Under the pieces are notes generated by a model. The model was not told the DNA's origin and ran no database searches. It saw only the letters and a list, made by a program, of their open reading frames with translations. Below are positions 20,793 to 31,189 of a stretch of 32,000 nt of DNA, piece by piece. Numbering within the stretch: position 1 is the stretch's first letter; every line of letters starts with the position of its first letter. The stretch is from Candidatus Saccharimonadota bacterium (GTDB lineage: Bacteria; Patescibacteriota; Gracilibacteria; BD1-5; UBA6164), in the NCBI GenBank assembly GCA_965229705.1, contig OZ245922.1, forward strand, positions 360,001 to 392,000. The letters are read 5' to 3'. A program made the translations under genes and the position numbers.

Positions 20793-23462
20793 CTACATAG
20801 CAACTAAGACTCTTCATCGTTCATCTTTTCTGATTTGCAGTTTTAGTTTTAAATGTTCTTCAGCCATATTAGTAAAAATTCAAGACCCCCAGCTTTTGCG
20901 AAGTAACTGTTCAATAACTGGGTGTATATTTCTCCCTAAATTCTGTAAAAAAAGATTAAATCCTTCTGAATCAGGAGTATAGATAACCCACTCTTTTTGT
21001 TGCTGAGTTTTTGAGGAAGTGGGTACAGAAGGTTTTTTTGATGGACTTTGAAAAGTAGGAGTATTTGGCTTAGTTGTAGTAGAAATATCATGAGAAGAAG
21101 GTTTCGTTGATTGAGGAATTTTAGTTTCCTTTGTACTTGGCGTGGATTTGACTGTTGTTGAGGAATCTTTTTTTAGTTGTAAAGAATTATGTGAATCTGG
21201 TGATAGTGTCTTTTTCTTTGCTTGACTTGAAGCAGAGGGTGTAACTCAATTTTTTATAGATTTTTGTGGGGGAGTGGTACTAGATATGGTTTTCTTAGGT
21301 AATCTACCTTCTACTTTTTTTGCCAACATTGCATTTCAAACTTCTTCACCTAATAAATCAATGATACCTTCTTGGATACTATTATAGTTTCTAAGAATAT
21401 AACCCATAGAGTTTTTACCCTGTGATCTCTTCTCAAGAGTGTTTCTATTCCAAAATTGATTTCCTCACAAAGACACAGCAAAATCTTCTAAAAATCTTGT
21501 ATATCTTTCTCTTACTTGGGTATTCTTTGGTTTAAACTTTAACCATAAAGATTGGCCAGCCTCTTCACCTAATAAATCAATAATTCCTTGTTCGATATTA
21601 CCATAATTTTTAATAACGTAACCCATAAAATTTTTACCCTGTGGCTTCGATCTAAGAGTAACAGCACTCCAAACTTCACCCTCATTTAAAGATGCAGCAA
21701 AATCTTCTAAAAATCTTGTGTACTTCTCTCTTACTTGGATAGTTTTTCATTTAAATCTTGACCATAAAACTTGCCCCTTTTTCTCTCCCAATAAGTCAAT
21801 AACTCCTTCTTTTATACTACCAAAATTTCTAAAAATATAAAACACAAAACTCTGACCATGTGGTCTCATTTCAAGAGTGTTTCTATTCCAAAATTGATTT
21901 CCTCACAAAGACACAGCAAAATCTTCTAAAAACTTTGTATATCTTTCTCTTACTTGTATATTCTTCGGTTTAAATTTTAACCATAAAATTTTACCTTTTT
22001 CTTCTCATAACAAGTCAATTATGATCAATCTTAATCGCTGATTTACTGTAACTCATCACTTTCTCTTCACATTATCTCCTACATAACTGAAAAAAGTTTT
22101 TCATTTATCAGTAGCTGAAAGATTACCAGTATGCCAAAGTTCATCCTCTCACAATGATGCAGCAAATTCTTCTAAAAACTCTATATGCCTTTCTCTTACT
22201 TGCTCCTTTTCCGGTTTAAACTTTGACCATAAAATTTTACCTTTTTCCTCTCATAATAAGTCAATTATGATCAACCTTAATTGCTGATTTACTATAATTC
22301 ATCACTTTCTCTTCGTATTATCTCGCACATACTTCAAAAAAGCTTTTCCTCCATTAATAGTTAAAAAACTAGTAATACTCCAAAGCTCATTCTCTCATAG
22401 AGATGCAGCAAATTCTTCTAAAAACCTTATATGTTTTTCTTTTACTTGGATCCTTTCTGGTCTAAACCTTGACCACAAAGCTTGACCAGCTTCTTTACCT
22501 AGTAGGTCAATAATAGCGACTCGTAATCCTTCACTTGGAGTACTATTCTTCTCTCTTTTTCATTTTTCTTTAGCATATCAATAAAAAGATTCTCCCCCCG
22601 GGAATAGCTGGAGCTTCTTAATATTCCAAACTTCACCCTCATTTAAAGATACAGCAAAATCTTGTAAGAGCTTTGTGTATTTCTCTGTAATCTCGGTACT
22701 TTGTGACCTAAATTTTATCCAGAGAGATTGACCTTTTTCTTCACCTAAAAGCCTTTTGATAACAACTTCTAAGCCCCCATTTCTAGAAGCAAAATCACAA
22801 AAAAGCCTTCCTCATGAGCACTCCCTAAGCTTACTAATATTCCAAGTCTTCCATTTTTTCACAAGTTTAGTAAAATTTTCTAAAAAACTTTTATGTCTTT
22901 GAGGAGCTCCTTTATTACTTGGTCTTGCTTTTGCTTTTTTACACCATAATGCTTGTGCTTCTTTTTCTCCAAGTAGTTCGATAATAGCACTCTTCAAATC
23001 AATAGATGCACCTTGTCTTATCTTTTGTGCTATATTCTTATAAAAAGCATAACCTATTGGCGTAGCCCGAAGATCTTCTGTATTCCAATAAGTCCCCTCA
23101 GGAATTGAAGAGGAAAATAACCTAAAAAAAACTTTATAAAGTCTCTGTGTCTCTTCTTCTTGAGAAGTTTGAGACCCAGACAAAATAAGATGCACTTTGT
23201 TACTCGTAGTAGCAACACTTGCCTCCCATAAACCTTTTGCCGTTGGCAGCTCTGCATTAAGATGGCGAAGTAATGCAGTATCTTCTAACACTAGAGTCTT
23301 CTCAAATACCTGCTGACTTGTTGAACGTACAACCTCTAAGATTTTTGATAGCCCAGGCCCCTCTGATAAGAGTACTGCCAATTCTGGTTGAGACTGAATT
23401 GCTTCATGTAAACCTTCCATTATAGCTGAGTTGATATTCCTTTCTTGCCTTTTGAGTCCCAT
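20793..23462 (-). CDS. large tandem-repeat protein of unknown function, 889 aa
   Basis: 2670 nt open with TGA=Gly, from ATG (rc of 23460-23462) to TAG (rc of 20793-20795). At least 7 consecutive 73-82-aa modules have the consensus IIDLLGEEKGQxLWxKFKPxxxQVRERYTxFLEDFAxSLGExxxW...G..F..Y. A Ser/Thr/Pro/Lys-rich linker and a short C-terminal domain follow. No signal peptide seen. Confidence 0.75.
21330..22990 (-). repeat. in-frame coding tandem repeats (periods about 219-246 bp)
   Basis: The IDLLGE-encoding segment recurs. Near-identical blocks include 21434-21549 vs 21872-21987 (offset 438) and about 21967-22079 vs 22213-22325 (offset 246). Confidence 0.8.
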
Positions 23463-23588
23463 TTTTTTTTGTAAAATTCTATATATTATACTATATAATA
23501 TATGTATGTAATTATATTTTGTAAAGTTTTTTAGAAAGAATTTTTTACAAGTAACTTCTCCATTCTATATTTTCTATATAATATTCTT

Positions 23589-24698
23589 ATGAATACTTTC
23601 AAAACATTTTTTCTTGTTTTTTTGGCTGTAAGTCTTTGCTTTCCAAATAGCGTTTCTAGTATTTCTCAAAACTCTGAAATACCAAAAAAGCCTCTTATAA
23701 TATCTCGAGAAAGCTGGTGAGCAAATCCACTTTATAACGATATTGACTCAAAATATTGGAAAGAGATACTCAAAAATCGAAAAAAAAGACAGCAAGAACT
23801 TGAAGAAACACAAAGTATAGAGGATAAAAAGAAACAACAAGAAAAATCAGCAGTGATACAAAACTATCTCTATGGAAACTTTCTCAAGCAGTTTACTTCG
23901 CAGGAGATTATCTACTATCATCCAAAAACATGAGTGCGACTTGCTTGGCCATTTCAGTATACAGAAGAAGTAAACGCACTCATTATTCATCATACTCATG
24001 GAGAATATTCTCATAGCCTTGAGGGAATACAAGAAATACATAGATACCATAGCCTCACGAGAGAATGGTGAGATATAGGATATAACTATATTATCTGATA
24101 CAATGGAGAAATCTTTGAGGGAAAAGAGGGAGGTGACTATGTGAGATGAGCACATTCTTCATATAACAATTTCTGAACTATTGGTATTTCAGTAATGGGA
24201 AATTACCATACCAAGCCTATAAACAATACTCAGTATGAATCATTGGAAAGCTTGGTAAAATACCTCGCATACAAGTATGGTATAGACCTCAATAAGAAGC
24301 GATATTATCATATGAATTGTGCTAAAGAAAAGTGTGATACTTTTTATCTTGAGACCTATCTTGATAGCGTTATGGCAGGGCATAGGGACTCATGACACAC
24401 ACAGTGTCCATGAGATGAACTCTACAAGCAAATGGTACAAATACGCGAAGATAATTTGGAATTTACCAAAGGCTTTACACTCAAAAAAAGGGGAGAGTTT
24501 GACAGTAGGGAAACAGACACAGAAAAGGTCTTTCAAACCTCTTTAATACATGAGTTTCGAAAAAAACTTACCAAGTATGATTCAGAAAAACTTTCTGAGT
24601 TTCAGAAAAAACTTGACATTTTGATATGATCAGAAACTGATGAAGAAAAGAAAAAACATCTTCAAATTCTTGAACTTGCAATATTCTTAGAATATTAA
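23589..24698 (+). CDS. secreted N-acetylmuramoyl-L-alanine amidase (PGRP / Amidase_2 type), 369 aa
   Basis: Signal-peptide-like MNTFKTFFLVFLAVSLCFPNSVSS. Zn-ligand contexts IIHHTHG and GHRDSGHTQCPG. Also WGDIGYNYIIGYNGEIFEG and GAHSSYNNFGTIGISVMGNY. Stop is TAA at 24696-24698. Confidence 0.85.
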
Positions 24699-24743
24699 AT
24701 AAAATATTTTTATTTCTCAAGAGGTTCATTGAGATTCATTAAT

Positions 24744-24925
24744 CCGTAAATGAATTTGAATTTACGGTGAGTAAAAAGTTTCACATTGTATATACAATTT
24801 TGAGATACAAATCCTAAATAGCCAAAAACTCGGCATTATAAAAAGGTTGTTCCAATACAAAGTATGGAACCAAAGTAACGAATTAATGCCAACGAGGCAC
24901 TTAACATAAGTTATATTATGTTAAG
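24744..24925. other. cluster of four stem-loops in the convergent amidase/murD spacer
   Basis: Four elements: CCGTAAAT/ATTTACGG (24744-24767); palindrome ATTGTATATACAAT (24785-24798); a nested helix with CTCGGCATTA (24829-24838) pairing TAATGCC..CGAG (24884-24896) around GTTCCAATAC/GTATGGAAC (24849-24870); and CTTAACATAA/TTATGTTAAG (24900-24925). Confidence 0.5.
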
Positions 24926-24988
24926 TAATTGATAAAACTAAAACTCTCTACAATCCATGATATTTATTTTTATATTCCCTACAATGGT

Positions 24989-26335
24989 TTAATAATTTTG
25001 AACTTCATAAATAAATTCTTGTGCCTTATCCGTATAACTCTTCCAAAGAGAAAAACTTGGAGCAGCACATGAAAGTAATGCTATCCTTCCAGGTAAAGTT
25101 GTTTTGTAACAAAAGTCAACTCATTGACGCATACTCCGTGTTTTGATAAACTGAAGATACTTTCCATCAATTTCTATTTCAAAAGCTATTCCATAATCTC
25201 GCGATTTGATTTCTGGAAAAATAACCTGTGCAGTATCTGGAAAAGCAATAATATTTTGAATATGAGAATCAAGTATTTTTGTTCGTAATTCAGAAAAGTC
25301 AAATCAGCTATCTTCACCTCATACAAAAAGTGTCTGTATATCGCTTCAAAATGTATTTATAGCTGCTATAGTGCTTTGTGGAGTTGTAGCAATGGCATCA
25401 TTAATAAAGCGAATTCCTTCATATTTTCCAATATCTTCAATGCGATTTGGAAGTCATCAAAAGCTTGGAAGCACTTCTGAAAAAATACTTTTAAGAACAC
25501 TTGCATCACTGATAACTGTATGGAGTATAGCTAAAACTCAAGAAATATTAGCTCTGTTATGATTTCATAAAAGTCTCACTTCTCAGTCATATATACTTTC
25601 TCCATTTAAAGAAAATCCCTTTTTATCATAAGAATACTTCCCTTTTGTATCAAAAAATATTTTTTCTACATTGATATTGAGAACTTCAGGGTCTTGTGAT
25701 AGATCTCCATGTAAGATTTTTGTTTTTGCATTTTTTAAAATATTGAGTTTTGCTTCCCTGTATATATTAAATGAACCATAGTGCCAATCAAGATGACACG
25801 AATAAATATTATTTAAGAACCCTATTTCAAGTTTTGGCGAAAAGTCTTGTAACATATAGCTTGAAAGTTCATATATAATGTAATCATATTCATCTTTTCA
25901 TAGCTCTATTTCATCTAAAACAGGTCTTCCTATATTTCCAACAAGTTTTACATTGTACCCTCAAACTTTTAGGCATTCAAACAACAAAGTAGAAATAGTA
26001 GACTTCCCTTTTGTTCCAGTAATACCTATCACTTTTCCATCATAATTTGAGAAAAATATTTGTGTTTGAGAGATAATTCTTTCCTTGCAAGGAAGAATCT
26101 TTTCATGAAATGGAGAAATACCAGGAGTCTTAATAATGAGATCAAAATCTCTCAAGTTATCAAGATACGATTCTCATGAAACGATGTTTACTCAGATATT
26201 GTCTTCATGAACATTTGCATCTAAAATGGTAATATCACTAATACTATGACTTTGTAAAAAGTTGAGAGTACTTCTCCCCTCTTTTCCAAAGCCAAGAATT
26301 GCTATTTTTTTGTTATGTAGATTTTTTATTTTCAT
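24989..26335 (-). CDS. murD: UDP-N-acetylmuramoylalanine--D-glutamate ligase, 448 aa
   Basis: IAILGFGKEGRS, GITGTKGKST, NHNRANI, LPNRIE and INDAIATTP. Stop is TAA (rc of 24989-24991). Confidence 0.9.
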
Positions 26336-26337
26336 GC

Positions 26338-26802
26338 TTATATATTTTGACATACCTCTAAAGCTCTATGTACAAGTTTTTTAGTATGTTCCAAACTTGT
26401 TCCCCACTGAAAATTTTGTCCTCGAGATTCAAGGTCTCAAAGAGAAGTAAATATTTCTGCGTGTGTTATTTTTTGTACTTCATTTGAAGAAATAAGTAAA
26501 TAATATATTTGTGAAAAAAACCATCATTTCTCAAACCTCATAGGACCATCTTGGCATATGGGAACCAATCTATCTATTGCGAGGCAGAGACTTGCTTCGC
26601 TTGTTTCAGCAAGCTCTCTGATCGCAGTAATAAGTAAGTCTCCTCTATCTATAGACTTTTCTTTCCCTCCAAAAAGAGTGAGTTTTTCTTTTCATGTTTC
26701 TATAGAGGTGTTTTTATGAAAATACACAGATCAAGAACGGTCTTGCACAACGACTTGTGAAGATCTGAACGGATTTTCTTGTGTTCATATTTTTGCTATC
26801 AT
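26338..26802 (-). CDS. NUDIX-like hydrolase with degenerate Nudix box, 154 aa
   Basis: FGGKEKSIDRGDLLITAIRELAETSE resembles GGKxExGE...RELxEExG, but with a 2-residue insertion and an E-to-T change. The stop lies 2 nt before the murD start, and the start abuts the dedA stop. Confidence 0.4.
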
Positions 26803-27411
26803 TTATACTTGATGTTTCTTATAAAAAATATAGCCTCATATGCTCACTATGAGAACAATAAGTATCACAACAAAAGTTTGTGAAAGTAGCTGATGTATGA
26901 GTTCATCATTTTTTCCAGCTAGGTATCAAATCGAAAGGAGAATAGCGTTCCATAAACCTGCACCAATAAAAGTAAATAAGAGAAATTTCCCATAATTCAT
27001 ACAAAAAATTCAAGCAGGAATAGATATCAGTTGCCTCACTGCTGGTATAAATCTTCAAGCAAGGGTCGTGATAGATCCATGTTTTTGAAAGTACTTTTCT
27101 GAATACTCGTAGTGTTCAACACTCAAAAATATGTAGCTTCCATATCTTTTTATCAGCATTCTTACAATAGGTCATCAGAGTTTCCATCCAAGAATATAAT
27201 TCACACTTGCTCATACGAGAGCTCATCAAGTTCCAGCAAAAAAAGCATATACGAGGTTCATCTCTCAAAGCGCTGAGAGATATCATGCTGGAATCATTGC
27301 TATCTCACTAGGGAAAGGAACAAAAGAGGATTCTATCATCATCATGATAAAAATACCCGTATATCACATTCCGTCAACGAGGTTTAGTACAAAATCTACA
27401 AGTTGGTGCAT
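26803..27411 (-). CDS. dedA: DedA/SNARE-associated family membrane protein, 202 aa
   Basis: [56 protein letters not shown] and several further hydrophobic segments. Confidence 0.8.
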
Positions 27412-27524
27412 AAAAAATATCTATAATTTATCATCTATAGTGTAAGAAGTGATGAAGAAAAACCAAAACAATAATCTTGGTTTTATGAGTTTCGTTTATT
27501 AAGGAAGTTCTGAAAAACTCCTTT

Positions 27525-27551
27525 TTTCTCTCCTTTTCCAAAGGAGAGAAA
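27525..27551 (-). terminator. hairpin downstream of the purN-like gene
   Basis: 12-bp stem TTTCTCTCCTTT / AAAGGAGAGAAA with a 3-nt loop, 40 nt past the stop. There is no clean U-tract on the minus strand. Confidence 0.35.
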
Positions 27552-27590
27552 GCTCGATAGAGCCAGAGAGGATTAGAAATTTTTTGTTTC

Positions 27591-28322
27591 TTAAAGTTCC
27601 TTTAATGCTCATTTATATGGGAACCCTTCAGGGTAATGAATAGTAGTACCATCACTATCAAGGTATATTTCTTTATTGACTATCATGTTTGTGATTTTCC
27701 ACTGCCACTCATGCTCCACTGCATTAACAGCCCTTCCTACATCTATATCAGACTGGCAATTACTTATATCTACAGGTATTTGGCAAATAATCGGACCTCT
27801 ATCAATTTTATCAGTAACAAAGTGCATTGTTACACAACTTTGGGAAATATTTCAATTTTTGTAGTCTTCCCATACTTTTTTATGAACATTGCCTCCATGC
27901 ATTCAGTTTCACCCATATGGTGCTTGTGTAGGTCAAGGATGAATATTTATTGTTTTTTCTACTGGGAGTCATAACACATATTTGAGCCATCAAGAAAGAA
28001 AGATATACTCTAAGTCATATTCGTGCATAATGCTAATATATATTTCTCGTATTTCTTCTTTTGTATTGTCATCAAACTCTCAGTTTGTGTTTCTCTTTGG
28101 GAAATGTGGAATATGATGAAATCTTAATTTCCCAGGAATGATACCTTGCTCCACTATAAAATCTGAGAATACTTTGTATACTCATCATCTAGCGTGGTTT
28201 GTTATAAGAGTAATATTTTCAATTCCCGTGATTTCTCCTGTTTTTACTTTTTCAAGAATTTTTCTTGCACCACTTCCTCATCAATCTATTGAACCAGAAG
28301 CAAATATTCAAATATTTTTCAT
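27591..28322 (-). CDS. purN: formyltransferase-domain protein (PurN-like phosphoribosylglycinamide formyltransferase), 243 aa
   Basis: IGIFASGS, INIHPGP...YGGNGMHG and MHFVTDKIDRGPIICQ. The standard-code ORF stops at TGA 27609-27611; the true stop is TAA (rc of 27591-27593). Confidence 0.65.
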
Positions 28323-28344
28323 AATAAATAAAATTAAAAATATA

Positions 28345-29796
28345 TTATTTTTTCAGTGTTTTTTTCTGATAACATTTTTGAACTACCATATCAATAATCT
28401 CTCTACTTTGACCTATATATTTATGAGGATCTGTAATTTGAACTATTGTTTCCCTATCAAGACGTGAAGTAATCTCATCACACTCAAGTACAACATCTAC
28501 AAATAGCTTTCCTTGTTCCCAAGCACTTAGAGCCAGTTTTCATGTGAGATCGTGCGCGTATTCTCGAGACATAGGGTTACTCGTTCTGTTTGGGTCTGTC
28601 AGATAGGTCATCACCTGCTGAGATGTTACAACTCAAAAACTCCTCTCTACCCTTTCAGCACTTCTTTCACTGTTTATTTCTAACCAATAGATAGTACCTG
28701 CAAGGTTTCTTATCACATGATCAAGAAACTTAAATCCATCTTCAAAATTGATTCTTGCATTTGCTGACGCAGAAAGATTTCTCGCGTAGGGCATCTCACA
28801 ATTCATCATTGCTGTTACAAGATTTCATGAAAAATAATTTCTCAATGACATAGTTTGTTCCTCTGTAGTAGGATTTCCATTTTTTGCATCCTTATGAGGC
28901 ATAGCAGAAGAACCTTTCTTTCTATGAGGGTTTCCATTTATAAACACATTTACATCATCACTCCTTCCATTTGCAATAAACCTTGCAATATTATTGAGTG
29001 TTTCTGTAAGTCTCGCCATAGCAAAGAAAATATCAGCTTCAAATTCTAAACCAGGTATTTGACCTGCAGCATCCATATATCAGACCTGGAGTTTTGATGC
29101 AAGATTTTTTTGAAGTTCCTGTCAATCAATTCATAGAGCCGTTGCAGAATGATGATTTCCCGTCGCATCTCCCCATTTAGCCTTCAAAGAATTCTGGTAA
29201 ACAAAGTGTATGATATCTAAGTTTGACTGAAGCATCTCAACATAGTGTACCAGTGGTCTCCCTGCTGTTGTTGGAAGAGCATCATATAAGTGAGAAGTAT
29301 CCATAAACGCTATATCTCTCCATAAGACTGCTTTTTCACAAAGTATGTCTCTTACATTTTCTGTAACTCTTGCGATAATCTCAAGAGATGATTTGAACTG
29401 TAATGCTCTTACAGGTTGAGTAGTATCAGCGCTAGTTTTTGCTTTGTTAATATGTGTTTGAGCATCCTCTGATACTTTTTCTGCAAGAGCTCTATTAATT
29501 GCTATAACATCATGTCATGTTTGCTCTTCGATTTCTCTTACTCTTTCAAGATCTACTTGACCACTTGTAGCTACCCTGTAGATTTCATCTGCCAAATAAG
29601 GAGGAACAATGTTTGGATAGAGATCAGAGAGCACTTGTGCAGAGAGACCTTGAACCTTGAGTGAAAGCCCTATAGTCTTTTTTGCTCACCAAATATCAAT
29701 CATATCTGATGTTCCATACCTTCCTGCAGCAAGATCAGCTGTATCTGGTCTTTCTCACTCTGGAAAGCAAGAAAGTGGTAGTGTTTGTCAAAACAT
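28345..29796 (-). CDS. purB: adenylosuccinate lyase, 483 aa
   Basis: Signature GSSAMPHKDAKNGNP, TSHLYDALPTT, and fumarate-lyase-family N- and C-terminal regions. Stop is TAA (rc of 28345-28347). Confidence 0.9.
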
Positions 29797-29820
29797 AATA
29801 CTAGTATGTTAAAAAATATA

Positions 29821-31167
29821 TTACAAAATAATTGTCTCATCATGTACTCATACTCATCGTATGGTACTGTATGACTTCTTACTTTGGGAATATGTTTCTC
29901 CTATCACTCTTGCTGTTATTCCCTCTTCTCTTGCAAGAGATATAATTTTAGTTTCTTGTCCTTTATCACAAATAAGCGCGTATGGCAGTCACATATTCCA
30001 TCACTTGAGAGCATCTTTTCAGCTTATATCAATTACCTGTTGCAGGATGGCTATAATAGTCGGGATCGGCATCTGCGAAATATCTATATCAAGAAACACT
30101 CATGGAGCTCCATCTATAGTTTTTTTCAGAGGATTTCCTGTGACATGGATGAGAGAACTGAGTCTCACTTGGGGTTCTCCATCAACTCAACCAAGCAGTT
30201 TTCGAGAGATAAATGGATTAAATACCGTGCTCTTCCCTACCACTATCTCCCACATCTTTTTTCACTTACACAGAGAGCGTATATTCTTGTGAATCTTTTT
30301 GGCTCTTTGTCTGCCCAAACACTCAAGAAAATACTCAAAACTTTTATTCTCCCAGTTATCTCCTGTAAGATCTCTCATAGATTTTCGGATAGCTGTGATA
30401 CCGTTTGATCGAGGTCAGATAATACCGTTTTGTTCTTTTTCTTGCAGTCCAATGATGCTTTGTCATGGTCTCAGTGCAAAAAGTTTCTCTCAAGGCGAAG
30501 TAATACCTAGCGATGTCCCGGCTATATTGAACTCTATCTTTTGAAGTATATGTTCTATTTTTTGGAGGATAGCATCTTGCAGAGTTGTTTCTCGTCAATA
30601 TCAAAGACACATAGCAATGTTAAAAGTTCATTTGATACATTCTATTATTTCTTGAGTTGATTTTGAGTTTCATAAAACTGCTGTTTCTCAAGCAATAATC
30701 ATAATATCATTTTCTCGTATCACATTTGCCATAGCCTTTGCCATACTATCTGAAAAGAGTTTTCCTCTTTTCCCACTAAGATGGTTGATATCAATAATAT
30801 TTGTTACTGCAACAGCCATTTCTCATTTTCTGAGATCATCTGTATTCATCGCAATAAGATCATGAAGCATTCTCTCCCAAATATCAATAGATTTTTCAAG
30901 GAGTTGTTTATCGTTAATGACTCATCTTTCATGCTCTTGAATATATCACTCAAATGCTTGCGTGTAAATCTGCACTTTTGTTCCTACACCATCAATGCTT
31001 TCTTTTGTTGAGTATCATGGGAGTAAAATACCCGTTTTATCGAAATACTTTACCACGCTTGTCTCTTCATTTGCCGCTTGGCAGGCAGATAGAAAACTCT
31101 TCGAAACCTCATCTCCCGACTGTACTACTCATACGCTATAATCGTGCATTGTATTGCCTGTTTGCAT
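29821..31167 (-). CDS. purM: phosphoribosylformylglycinamidine cyclo-ligase (AIR synthase), long form, 448 aa
   Basis: SIDGVGTKV, AMNTDDL, IIAGETA and QSIIGLQEKEQNGIIGPRSNGITAIRK (PurM GL-SSG-HSNG-SL-RK pattern). Alternative in-frame start at 31149. Standard-code ORFs here are in other frames or on the other strand. Confidence 0.8.
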
Positions 31168-31189
31168 GTTTCTTAATAATAAAGATGTA

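Noticed and set aside
21330-22990. CRISPR array or non-coding satellite, considered because of the regular repeats.
   Set aside because: The periods are 219-246 bp, the repeats are imperfect and remain in one continuous reading frame, there is no short repeat/unique spacer alternation, and no cas genes are present.
29861-30610. Track ORFs of 84-174 aa on both strands inside the purM region.
   Set aside because: They are in frames other than the one containing the PurM motifs DGVGTK, GETA and SNG..IRK, which is open for 1347 nt under code 25.
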